Of a stretch of 34,603 nt of DNA, positions 13,269-21,977 are shown piece by piece. The position numbers and the translations under genes were made by a program. The DNA is from Minisyncoccota bacterium (GTDB taxonomy: Bacteria > Patescibacteriota > Minisyncoccia > UBA6257 > MFKM01), in assembly GCA_036169835.1 (NCBI GenBank), contig JAVHOD010000052.1, forward strand, positions 1-34,603. The letters run 5' to 3'. The notes under the pieces were generated by a model that worked only from the letters and a program-made list of their open reading frames with translations, was not told the DNA's origin and searched no databases. Positions within the stretch are counted from its first letter, which is position 1. The number at the start of each line of letters is the position of its first letter.

Positions 13269-14051
13269 CTATTCTATCTCGTATCTTAAAGTCATTGTTA
13301 CGGTAATTTCTTGAGAGCCCGCTTCAATAGTCGGAACGGTGGGAGCGGTTGCGCCTCCTACGCCAACGGACTTCATTGTTTCATAACCGTAATACACCGG
13401 CGTTGAACCTTCTTCAATTGAAAGAAGGCGCCCTAATTTGAATCCTCCGGCTTTAGCTACGGAAATTGCTCTTACTTTCGCTTTAGTAATAGCTTCATTT
13501 CGAGCCTGGTCTTGAACTAAAGTGGCATCATCAATCGTGAAAGAAAGCGAGGAAACTTCATTGGCGCCGTTTTTGACAACTCCCGCCAAAATATCGCCGA
13601 TCTTTTTAAAATCCTTTATTTTCACTGAAACCGTCTGGCTGACGGTGTAGCCGACAATGTCCGGCGGCGGACATGGCGTGGTGACACTGCTTTCGGGATG
13701 CGAGCAGTTATAGTATTGGTAGCGCGGGTCTAAGCTGTAATTCGTGGTTTTGATGTCTTTGGGATCAACGCCGTTGGATTTAACAAAATCAATAGCTTTG
13801 TTTACTTTTTCAGTATTCTGACTTTGTAAATCGCCGATATCTTTCCCGCCTTCGGTTTTGACGCCGAAAGTGAATTGGGCCACATCCGGCACCGCCACCA
13901 CTTTACCTTCGGCCGAAACCGAGAAGCTGCGGAATGAGGACGGCTGAATTGACCTGGAATAAGTTTTAACATAACTTACCGCCGCGTAGGCGATGAATAA
14001 TAAGACGACAATAACGGCGGCCCCCAAATAATTTTTTATTTTGTTGTTCAT
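13269..14051 (-). CDS. SIMPL/DUF541-like membrane-anchored protein
   Basis: The start is placed at ATG 14051 (MNNKIKNYLGAAVIVVLLFIAY, a TM anchor). The body resembles the 26-kDa periplasmic immunogenic protein (SIMPL) family. The ORF-track start at 14168 would overlap the Zn-ribbon gene. Confidence 0.6.
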   Translation of the reverse strand: MNNKIKNYLGAAVIVVLLFIAYAAVSYVKTYSRSIQPSSFRSFSVSAEGKVVAVPDVAQFTFGVKTEGGKDIGDLQSQNTEKVNKAIDFVKSNGVDPKDIKTTNYSLDPRYQYYNCSHPESSVTTPCPPPDIVGYTVSQTVSVKIKDFKKIGDILAGVVKNGANEVSSLSFTIDDATLVQDQARNEAITKAKVRAISVAKAGGFKLGRLLSIEEGSTPVYYGYETMKSVGVGGATAPTVPTIEAGSQEITVTMTLRYEIE

Positions 14052-14113
14052 AATCTTATTATAACAAAAAACCGCTCCGATAAAAATCAAAGCGGCTTTT
14101 TTTAATTTGCGTC

Positions 14114-14296
14114 TTACCGACGAAAATCTCTGCGAGGGGGTCTGCGTTTGGCATAGCATTCCCGGCAATAGACACTTGAACCATCACGAGGCTCAAATGG
14201 CAATTCGGTTATTGGAGTGCCACAATCGGCACATTTCCAATTTCCTTGAACCATCTGTCGCTTGAAGCCACCCTCTCTGTCGTTGTTGAAATCCAC
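14114..14296 (-). CDS. Small CxxC...CxxC zinc-ribbon protein with a basic tail
   Basis: 60 aa with a GTG start. It has CADC, then 18 residues, then CREC, followed by AKRRPPRRDFRR. It resembles the CxxC-x17-CxxC miniprotein family. Confidence 0.6.
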   Translation of the reverse strand: MDFNNDREGGFKRQMVQGNWKCADCGTPITELPFEPRDGSSVYCRECYAKRRPPRRDFRR

Positions 14297-14445
14297 GATA
14301 AATTAAATTAACAATTTTCAATTTAACTTAAATATCTTGAAAATATTCTATGTTAATTTCTACTTCTTGTTAATTACTAGGGTTTATATTATACGACCTT
14401 TTTTCTTTTATACACCCGATGTGATTTTTAGTCAACCTTTTTGTT

Positions 14446-16338
14446 TTATTTTTGGAGCGTTTGAGTGAAGACGCGCATTATTGAGCCTGATAAAGATTCC
14501 GGATTAATAGAACCGCTGGGCGGAGGAGTGGTATTTTCGGTTGGCGGCGGAGTTTGAGTTGGCGGGGGAGGAGTATTACCTGTTGGCGGTTGCTGATTTG
14601 CCGGCGGCATCATTCCCTCCGGCGGATTTGTCATTCCCTGCTGGGGTTGTTGAGGTTGTTGTCCTTGTGGTGGCATATTTTGTTGAGTCGGCGGCTGTTG
14701 GTTGCCGGTTGGCGGCTGCTGTTGTGTTCGCATTTGTCCTTGTTGTCTAGGCTGTCCGGGTTGATTAAGTTGACCGGGCTGATTTGGTTGACTTGGTTGA
14801 AAATTTTTACATTCCTCAGGATTAGAAGTGCAGTATTTTTGGCATTCTTCCGGCCCCTTGCAACCGCCTGGACCAGCCTGCTGTGGCATTTGTTGGCCGC
14901 CTGGATTTACAGTCCCTGATCCAGGTTGAAAATTTTTACATTCCTCAGGGGTTTTACACCCGCCCAGCTCTCCTTGTCCGCCAGCCGACATCATACCTCT
15001 GGCGTTTGATCCGCCTTGGTCTTGAGACCCGCTTTGCCCCTGGCCTTGGGTTCCGCCCTGGCCTTGTTGATTTTGTTGATTTGACTGACCAGGTTGATCT
15101 TGGCCTTGCTGATTTTGACCCGGCCTTCTTTCTTGCGTTCCAAATTTTTGAAAACACTGATTGATAGAATCACCAGATTGTCGCCCAATCACAGATCCAG
15201 TTTTCATTTTTTCAACAACATCAGCGCCTAAAGAAGACGATATACAATCCAAAACTTCAGGCGGTATTGAAGAAAAAGAGTCTTTCATTTTTTGCTGGCC
15301 CTCTTCCATCCTTTTTAGATCAGCCTCGGGAATCATTCCATTTTCTTTGCCAAACTGAAAACAAGTTTCTTGATTGTCGGGATTATTGCAAAAAGTATCG
15401 CATTCGTCTTTGTTTTTACAGCCGCCCGGCCCCTTGCCTCCGGTCTTACGAACCATAACCGCGTCTTCTTTGCTCATAAACCCGGCCGCTTCAGCGAAGC
15501 TGGTGCATTCTTCAAAATGAGCGTCTTGCGAGCAATAAGTATTGCATTCCTCTTTGCCTTTACAGGCCGGCGGTTTTATCCCTTGTTTTATAGCCGCCAG
15601 CATTTTTTGGGAGTCGGCTTTTTCTTGTTCGTTCATAAAACCGGCTTCAATGGCGAAATTTGTACAAACTTCCATATTATTAGGTTCGCCGCAGTATTGG
15701 TCGCACGCTTCTTTGCCTTTACAGGGCGGCGGTTTCACGCCTCTTTTTAGAGCCGCCAGCATTTTTTGAGAATCTTCAAGTTCTTTGCCCTGGATAAAAC
15801 CCGCTTCCACGCCGAAAGCCACGCATTTCTCCATATTATTCGGGTCCTCGCAATAAGAATCGCATTCTTTTTTATTTTTACAGGGCGGCGGTTTCACGCC
15901 TCTGGCGATGGCCGCTTGAACTTGTTTGGCTTCCGCCAAATCTTTCGCCGACATTAAATTATTTTTTTCCGCGAAAGAAACGCAATCATTGATGTTGTTG
16001 ATATCGTCGCAATATGTTTCGCAGGCGTCTTTGCCGGCGCAGCCGCCGGGCCCCTTGCTCCCTGACGCCACGAAATTTTTGGCCGTATTGACTTCATCTT
16101 TCGACATCAGGTTGTTTTTTTCGGCGAAATTAAGACAAGCAGTGTTATTGTCCGATTTGTCGCAATAGGTCTTGCAGGATGCCGCGTCTTGGCAATTGCC
16201 AAGCTCCTTTACCGGATATTGGAGATTTGCCGCGCCGGCTGTTTCTTGAGCCAAAGCCACTTTATTAAATAAACCAACCGAGCCGATTATTGCTATCGCG
16301 GAGATGATAATAAAACTTATGAGATATTTTGTTTTCAT
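14446..16338 (-). CDS. Secreted cysteine-repeat protein with a Q/P/G-rich C-terminal half
   Basis: The start is placed at ATG 16338 (MKTKYLISFIIISAIAIIGSVG..., a signal/anchor). It has six about 45-aa modules with C-x5-C-x3-C-x9-C spacing followed by F(A/G)(E/I/V).. helices, plus two partial modules, then long Q/P/G/N low-complexity sequence. Confidence 0.8.
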   Translation of the reverse strand: MKTKYLISFIIISAIAIIGSVGLFNKVALAQETAGAANLQYPVKELGNCQDAASCKTYCDKSDNNTACLNFAEKNNLMSKDEVNTAKNFVASGSKGPGGCAGKDACETYCDDINNINDCVSFAEKNNLMSAKDLAEAKQVQAAIARGVKPPPCKNKKECDSYCEDPNNMEKCVAFGVEAGFIQGKELEDSQKMLAALKRGVKPPPCKGKEACDQYCGEPNNMEVCTNFAIEAGFMNEQEKADSQKMLAAIKQGIKPPACKGKEECNTYCSQDAHFEECTSFAEAAGFMSKEDAVMVRKTGGKGPGGCKNKDECDTFCNNPDNQETCFQFGKENGMIPEADLKRMEEGQQKMKDSFSSIPPEVLDCISSSLGADVVEKMKTGSVIGRQSGDSINQCFQKFGTQERRPGQNQQGQDQPGQSNQQNQQGQGGTQGQGQSGSQDQGGSNARGMMSAGGQGELGGCKTPEECKNFQPGSGTVNPGGQQMPQQAGPGGCKGPEECQKYCTSNPEECKNFQPSQPNQPGQLNQPGQPRQQGQMRTQQQPPTGNQQPPTQQNMPPQGQQPQQPQQGMTNPPEGMMPPANQQPPTGNTPPPPTQTPPPTENTTPPPSGSINPESLSGSIMRVFTQTLQK

Positions 16339-16339
16339 A

Positions 16340-16639
16340 TTATTCAAAAGGATTAGTTTTAACATTTTTAAAGGGGTTAGCTTTGTCGGCCGGATTGACG
16401 TCGGGTTTGCTTTCTAGGGGGTTTGCCCCTACCGAGGGCAGGACGCCTTTGGTGGCGCTTTCGGTTATAGCTCCCGCCGCTTCGCTGGCATTTTCCAATG
16501 CTTGGGTAAAGGCCTGGGACTCGGTTGACTTAGGCGTTGTTTTGGACTTTTTCCAATTACTCCAGTAGAAATAACCGCCGACTCCCAGCCCAATTAATAA
16601 AACGACCGCTATTATTAATAAAAGAGTTTTTTTATTCAT
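16340..16639 (-). CDS. Small membrane-anchored hypothetical protein
   Basis: 99 aa with an N-terminal TM helix (LLLIIAVVLLIGLGVGGYFYW). Its stop lies 1 nt upstream of the Cys-repeat gene start. Confidence 0.6.
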   Translation of the reverse strand: MNKKTLLLIIAVVLLIGLGVGGYFYWSNWKKSKTTPKSTESQAFTQALENASEAAGAITESATKGVLPSVGANPLESKPDVNPADKANPFKNVKTNPFE

Positions 16640-16712
16640 ACTTATACTTATATTATATCATATTGAGATACTTTAGTTTAAAGATATAATTGATTTCAAG
16701 AAAGAAAAGCGC

Positions 16713-18629
16713 ATGAATCATAAAAAACACAATTACAATCATCATCAATCATCCACTTTTTCTTTAATAGAGCATTCTGCATTTTTTTGGTTTGATTTGG
16801 GTCTCATAGCGGCTTCTATTCTGATTTTGCTTTTGGATTTTTTCCATATTTCCAGGGGTTTTGGGGATATCGCTCTTTTGGAAATTGTTTCTTTGGTCGG
16901 CCTTCTGCCCGTATTTTTAAGCGCCTTGACAGCTTTAACCAAGAGGCGATTAAGTATTGACCTTTTAGCCAGCATCGCCTTGATTTTTTCTTTGCTTGCC
17001 CGTGAATGGCAATCGGCGGCTTTTATCACCTTAATGTTGGCTTCGGCCAGGTTGTTCGCCCGTTACACCGGAGCTCGGTCGCGAAGAGCCATTGAAAGCT
17101 TATTGAAATTAAGACCGGAAAAAGCTCATATTATTTTGTCTTCCGGAGTCGTCGAGGTTAATATAGACCAGCTTAAAGTCGGGGATTTGCTGGCTGTGGA
17201 ATCGGGAGAGCGGCTCGCGGTTGACGGAACCGTTGAATCCGGCGAAGCCGATATTGATCAGTCGTCTTTAACCGGGGAATCCGAGCCGGTCGTTAAAACT
17301 GTTGGCGATCGGGTTTTCAGTTCAACTTTGAATATCAGCGGTTCTTTGGTTGTAAGGGCGATGAAGGTTGGTGAAGATACTACTTTCTCAAAAATTTTGG
17401 ATTTGGTTGAAAAATCCCAAACAAACAAATCGCCGATTGCTTCAGTTGTTGATCGCTTTGCCGGTTGGTATATCTTTTTTAGCTTGGCGGGGGCCCTCTT
17501 GCTTTATTTTTTTACAAAAAACCTATCTTTAGTGCTTTCAATTCTTTTGGTTACCTGCGCTGACGACTTAGCCGTGGCCGTGCCCTTAGCTTTTACGGCT
17601 ACCATCGGCGCCGCCGCCAGACGCGGCATTATCATCAAAGGCGGCAGTTTTATTGAAGGTCTGCCTAAGACCAAAATAATGGTTTTTGATAAAACCGGCA
17701 CACTGACCGAGGGCCGGCCCGCGATCCGGAACGTCGCTGTTTTCAATCATTATTTAAAAGATGAATTTTTGTCTATGATCGGAGCGGCTGAAAGCGAGTC
17801 CGGTCATCCTGCGGCAAAAGCGATTGAAGATTTTGTAATTAAGCAAAACATTAAACTCCCTAAAATATCCGATGTCCACGAATCGCCGGGCTATGGAATC
17901 CAATGCGTCGTTAATCGGGAGCAGATGTTCGCCGGAAAAGTGAAGTTTCTGGAAGATAACGGGATAAAATTTTCTCAGGAAGAAGTCAGTTTAATTGAAG
18001 AAGAAAAAAACCAACACAGGACTGTTACTATATTGGGGATGAAAGGGAAGGTTGTGGGTTTTATTTCTCTTTCCGACGCTATTCGGCCGGCGGCTAAAAA
18101 AATCGTTGAAGAATTAAAGGCTTTGGGTATAGAAAGAACGATTATGCTTACCGGCGATAATGAAAAGATAGCCCAGAGTATCAGCCAGGAAGTTGGTATC
18201 TCCGAGTTCAGGGCCAATCTTTCGCCTGAAGATAAAATTAATTTCTTAAAAACCATTTTGAAGCCCGAATATAAAGTGGCCATGGCCGGAGACGGGGTTA
18301 ATGACGCCGCCGCGCTGGGGCTGGTTGATATTGGGATTTCTATGGGCGCAATCGGTTCTGACGCGGCCGTGGAATCCTCCGATGTCGTATTAATGAAAGA
18401 CGATCTTTCAAATATCCCGAAAGCGATAAAATTAAGCCGCTACGTCGTAAAAATAGTTAAGCAAGACCTTTGGATTTGGGGGGTAGTTAATGCTTTGGGC
18501 TTGATTCTGGTTTTTTCGGGATTAATAGGCCCGAGTGGCGCCGCCGCTTATAATTTTGTAACGGATTTCTTGCCGCTTTTGAATTCCCTGAAACTTTTTC
18601 GACTTCATCTGTCTATGGCAAATATCTGA
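16713..18629 (+). CDS. P-type (P1B-like) cation-transporting ATPase
   Basis: 638 aa with LTGESEP, DKTGTLTEG and GDGVNDAAAL motifs and four TM helices before the actuator domain. The N-terminus is His-rich (HKKHNYNHHQ). The CPC position reads TCADD. Confidence 0.85.
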   Translation: MNHKKHNYNHHQSSTFSLIEHSAFFWFDLGLIAASILILLLDFFHISRGFGDIALLEIVSLVGLLPVFLSALTALTKRRLSIDLLASIALIFSLLAREWQSAAFITLMLASARLFARYTGARSRRAIESLLKLRPEKAHIILSSGVVEVNIDQLKVGDLLAVESGERLAVDGTVESGEADIDQSSLTGESEPVVKTVGDRVFSSTLNISGSLVVRAMKVGEDTTFSKILDLVEKSQTNKSPIASVVDRFAGWYIFFSLAGALLLYFFTKNLSLVLSILLVTCADDLAVAVPLAFTATIGAAARRGIIIKGGSFIEGLPKTKIMVFDKTGTLTEGRPAIRNVAVFNHYLKDEFLSMIGAAESESGHPAAKAIEDFVIKQNIKLPKISDVHESPGYGIQCVVNREQMFAGKVKFLEDNGIKFSQEEVSLIEEEKNQHRTVTILGMKGKVVGFISLSDAIRPAAKKIVEELKALGIERTIMLTGDNEKIAQSISQEVGISEFRANLSPEDKINFLKTILKPEYKVAMAGDGVNDAAALGLVDIGISMGAIGSDAAVESSDVVLMKDDLSNIPKAIKLSRYVVKIVKQDLWIWGVVNALGLILVFSGLIGPSGAAAYNFVTDFLPLLNSLKLFRLHLSMANI

Positions 18630-18645
18630 TTCGTTTTATCAAACC

Positions 18646-19509
18646 TTACCCATTCAAATCTTTGACGAATTCATTGAAGTCATTGCTCGCCCTTATCACT
18701 TTTAAAGTAAAAAGGTCGTCTTTAGTGTTATAGACGCCTCTATAGAAACTTCTGGCCGCTTTATAGCCGGCTTCTTTGACTGCGTCAATAACGGCTTTGT
18801 TGTAATGGCCGAAAGGATAGGCGAAAAAATCTATTTTTTTCCCCAGCTGGCTTTCTATTATTTGTTTACTGCCGGCGATTTCTTCTATCAATCTTTGTTT
18901 GGCAGTGATTTTTAAAAGGTAAGGGTGCGATTTCGTGTGGCTGCCGATGGTCATTCCCGCGGCATCAAGATTTTTCACTTGTTCCCAGGTCAGGAAATGT
19001 TTATGGCCGATGGCGTTGGTGTAGATAAAAAATGTTGCCGTGTCGCCGTATTTTTGAAGGAGGGGAAAGGCATTGGCGTATTGGCTTTGCCACCCGTCAT
19101 CGAAAGTGATGACAACGGGCTTGGGAGGCAAAGGCGTATTTTCTAAGAGTTGATTAACGAAGGCGTCAAACGATATCACGGTATAGCCGTTGGTTTTTAA
19201 ATATTGCAATTCTTTTTCAAAGACATCAGGAGTCGTGATGAATTGCCTGTTGTAAGCCGGTTCCAGTAAATGGAGTTGCCTGACTGAATGATATACCAAG
19301 ATTGGGACTTTGATTGTTTCGGGTTTTGGCGTTTCTTTCGGCGCTTGCTGCTGGAATTCTTTTTCGATGGCGTATTCTTCTGCGTGGCGCAAAAAGGACT
19401 GCAAACTGAAGCTGGGATAATATCTGTGGAAAAAAACAAAAGAAAAGCCGAGTAGAACCAGGCCGATGAGAACGGCAAAATAAATTAAGAATTTTATTTT
19501 GGGATTCAT
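18646..19509 (-). CDS. Polysaccharide deacetylase (NodB homology domain), membrane-anchored
   Basis: 287 aa with an N-terminal TM helix and the motifs ITFDDGW and GSHTKSHP. Confidence 0.85.
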   Translation of the reverse strand: MNPKIKFLIYFAVLIGLVLLGFSFVFFHRYYPSFSLQSFLRHAEEYAIEKEFQQQAPKETPKPETIKVPILVYHSVRQLHLLEPAYNRQFITTPDVFEKELQYLKTNGYTVISFDAFVNQLLENTPLPPKPVVITFDDGWQSQYANAFPLLQKYGDTATFFIYTNAIGHKHFLTWEQVKNLDAAGMTIGSHTKSHPYLLKITAKQRLIEEIAGSKQIIESQLGKKIDFFAYPFGHYNKAVIDAVKEAGYKAARSFYRGVYNTKDDLFTLKVIRASNDFNEFVKDLNG

Positions 19510-19598
19510 AATTTCAATTATTCTATCAAAAAATCGTCAAGAAGACGGTTTCTGAGAGCCATTAAATTTGCAACACCCGGGTTGGCCTCTCTGACGAC

Positions 19599-20345
19599 TT
19601 ATATCTCAATTTTTGAAAACAAATAACTGCCGATTGCCATTATAATGGCCGCGATAACACTTAATATTAAAAAATCAGTAGCTAGCCCAAAATGAGAGCC
19701 GTTTATAAGCGTACCCCGAAGGCCGTCTACGCCGTAAGTCAGGGGATTAAAGCTTGTTATCGTAGCCATTACTTCAGGCAGGCCTTGCATCGGGAAGAGA
19801 GCGCCGGACAAAAAGAAAATCGGCATCACCAAAAAATTCATAATAAGCTGAAACCCCTGCATGTCTTGCAAGACCGAAGCGATAGCTATCCCCAAGGCCG
19901 TGAAAAGAATAGCGATAAGAATCATAAACACCAGTGCCAATAAAAGCATACCAACGCCTTGCAATCTGAAGCCGGTGAAAAAAGAAAGAATAAGCACAAT
20001 AATGCCCTGGATAACGGCAATAGTGGCTCCGCCCAAAGTTCGTCCCAGCATAATCTCAAAACGCGATATCGGCGCAACCAGGGTTTTTTTCAAAAAACCG
20101 AATTGCCGGTCCCAGATTATTTCAATGCCGCTAAAAATGGCAGTAAAAAGAATGCTCATCGCAATAATCCCGGGCACCAGGAATTCAATGTAATTGCCCT
20201 GGCCGGCTTTTTGGAAAATTGAACCGAACCCGAAACCCAAAGCCAGCAAAAAAAGCAGGGGTTGCCCCAGCGAGCCGATAATTCTCGGTGTTGAACGAAT
20301 ATACTTTTTTAATTGCCTGATCCAAAGAACGTAAATAACTTTCAT
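19599..20345 (-). CDS. ABC-2 type transporter permease
   Basis: 248 aa with six hydrophobic segments. It lies downstream of the cognate ATPase. Confidence 0.8.
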   Translation of the reverse strand: MKVIYVLWIRQLKKYIRSTPRIIGSLGQPLLFLLALGFGFGSIFQKAGQGNYIEFLVPGIIAMSILFTAIFSGIEIIWDRQFGFLKKTLVAPISRFEIMLGRTLGGATIAVIQGIIVLILSFFTGFRLQGVGMLLLALVFMILIAILFTALGIAIASVLQDMQGFQLIMNFLVMPIFFLSGALFPMQGLPEVMATITSFNPLTYGVDGLRGTLINGSHFGLATDFLILSVIAAIIMAIGSYLFSKIEI

Positions 20346-20501
20346 GCCAATGTTGTTTAAATTTACGAGCTCAATGCGAAGTAAATTTTACTATAACATT
20401 GAGCACCCGCCTAAGTTTTCGCTTTGCGAAAATTTTGGCGGGTAAAGGTTTTTTTACAAAATTTCCTTCGCCTATCGGCTCGGAAATTTTGAGAAAGCCC
20501 T
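20346..20501 (-). other. Structured 156-nt spacer with three strong hairpins between the ABC ATPase and permease genes
   Basis: Hairpin 1: gctcaatg 20369-20376 / cattgagc 20397-20404. Hairpin 2: cccgcc 20406-20411 / ggcggg 20447-20452, with an inner ttttcgc/gcgaaaa stem. Hairpin 3: aaatttcc / ggaaattt at about 20459-20490. Confidence 0.6.
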
Positions 20502-21293
20502 TTATCTTCTGTGCATTCGGCGGTGCATTCGCATGAGATCGGCGGCGCTTGATTTTTCTTCGCGAATCTCATGACCGGTAAAACTTAAAAATGCCTCCTC
20601 TAAAGATTTCGTATTGGTTTTTTGTTTTAATTCAGCGGGCGTTCCCTGGACAATGATTTTGCCGTGGTCAATAATGGCAATTTTTTGGGCGGCTCTTTCC
20701 GCTTCTTCCATATAATGAGTGGTAAAAAACAAAGTCACGCCTTCTTTTTCGTTTAAATTTTGAATATAACTCCAGATATGATTTCTGGTTTGGGGGTCAA
20801 GCCCCAAGGTTGGCTCATCTAAAAATAAAATTTTTGGGTGATGCAAAATACCGCAGGCGATTTCCAGCCGTCTTTTCATTCCTCCGGAAAAATATTTTAT
20901 CAGCGAATCCTTGCGGTCCCAAAGCTCAACGAATTTTAATAATTCTTCAATTCTGGTCCTGGCAATTTCTTTCGGCATCTTATAAAGGCCGCCGACAAGT
21001 TCCATATTTTCATAGGCTGTGAGATCGTCATCTAAACTTGGGTCTTGAAATACGATTCCGAGAGATCGCCGCACTTCATTCTGTTGTTTAACCGGGTCAA
21101 AGCCGTTGACTGTCATTTCGCCGCTAGTGGGATTAAGCATAGTTGTCAACATTTTAATGGTCGTGGTTTTGCCGGCTCCGTTCGGGCCTAAAAAACTGAA
21201 AATTTCTCCGGTTTTCACTTCAAAAGAGATATTGTCAACGGCGACAAAATCGCCAAAACTTTTCGTTAAATTTTTTACTTCAATAATGTTCAT
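20502..21293 (-). CDS. ABC transporter ATP-binding protein (DrrA/ABC-2 type)
   Basis: Walker A GPNGAGKTT, signature SGGMKRRL and Walker B ILFLDEPT. It overlaps the FTRc stop by 14 nt. Confidence 0.9.
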   Translation of the reverse strand: MNIIEVKNLTKSFGDFVAVDNISFEVKTGEIFSFLGPNGAGKTTTIKMLTTMLNPTSGEMTVNGFDPVKQQNEVRRSLGIVFQDPSLDDDLTAYENMELVGGLYKMPKEIARTRIEELLKFVELWDRKDSLIKYFSGGMKRRLEIACGILHHPKILFLDEPTLGLDPQTRNHIWSYIQNLNEKEGVTLFFTTHYMEEAERAAQKIAIIDHGKIIVQGTPAELKQKTNTKSLEEAFLSFTGHEIREEKSSAADLMRMHRRMHRR

Positions 21294-21657
21294 TTTTTAA
21301 TTTTATTCTTTCGCTCTTGTTCAATCTTCTTTCGGGAATCGGTTTGACCGCTTTTTTGTTTTCAAAAACATTTTTTGAAACATACAAGCCGCAATAACAA
21401 TTTTCATATTCCGCCACATCGGCGTCCCGGTAATTACAGGGGCAGATTATATCAAGGTCTTCTTCTTTATTTCCGCTTGCCAGACGGCAGGGGCAGGCCT
21501 GATAACCGTATCTTTGCTCGTTTCTAAGCAGGGCCTTAATAAGATTTTTAGCGGAATTTTCGTTCGGATTCAGGAAATAACCCCTTTTTTTGTTGCTCGC
21601 AAACAGTTCCGCGAATGAATAATCTATCTTATCTTTTGGTATTTCGTTATTTTCCAT
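21280..21657 (-). CDS. Ferredoxin:thioredoxin reductase catalytic-subunit-like protein
   Basis: 125 aa. CPCR..., ICPC... and CYCGLY form the FTRc-type Cys cluster pattern. Confidence 0.75.
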   Translation of the reverse strand: MENNEIPKDKIDYSFAELFASNKKRGYFLNPNENSAKNLIKALLRNEQRYGYQACPCRLASGNKEEDLDIICPCNYRDADVAEYENCYCGLYVSKNVFENKKAVKPIPERRLNKSERIKLKNEHY

Positions 21658-21946
21658 CAGCCAAATTTCTTATCTCGGTTTCGTCAAATCCGATGATGAC
21701 TTTCTCTCCGTTATTGACGACAACCGTGGGGAAAGAAGCGTTGGGATTGTATTTGGATATTTCATCAAAAGCTTCTTTCTGGGACTGGCCTTCCAAAAGG
21801 TCAAAATAAATATAATTGTATTCCAGATTAAGTTCGCTTAACAAATCCCTGGTTTTTTGACACCAAAAACAGGTGCTTAACGAAAAGACCATGATTTTTT
21901 TTACTTTTTTGCCGGAAATAATTTTATTTTGGTCTTTATAAGACAT
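21647..21946 (-). CDS. Glutaredoxin/NrdH-like thioredoxin-fold protein
   Basis: The start is placed at ATG 21946 (MSYKDQNK...). It has a CFWC redox motif after a beta strand (IMVFSLSTCFWC), and overlaps the FTRc start by 11 nt. Confidence 0.7.
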   Translation of the reverse strand: MSYKDQNKIISGKKVKKIMVFSLSTCFWCQKTRDLLSELNLEYNYIYFDLLEGQSQKEAFDEISKYNPNASFPTVVVNNGEKVIIGFDETEIRNLADGK

Positions 21947-21977
21947 TTTATTATTATAGCCGAAAAATTCGGAGAAT

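Noticed and set aside
13029-13289. ORFs 13029-13289 (plus) and 13052-13243 (minus) across the GC-rich inverted-repeat island
   Set aside because: Both are low-complexity S/E/R/A/G strings generated by the GAGCGAGCG reiteration. There is no start context or motif, and they overlap each other completely. The region is treated as noncoding repeat.
14541-16568. Many plus-strand ORFs opposite the Cys-repeat gene and the small anchored protein
   Set aside because: They are products of repetitive, low-complexity sequence read on the wrong strand. Their translations are repeat-derived strings such as LLRLLSLWW or FAFTGRRF. The minus-strand frame gives a coherent signal peptide plus regular Cys modules.
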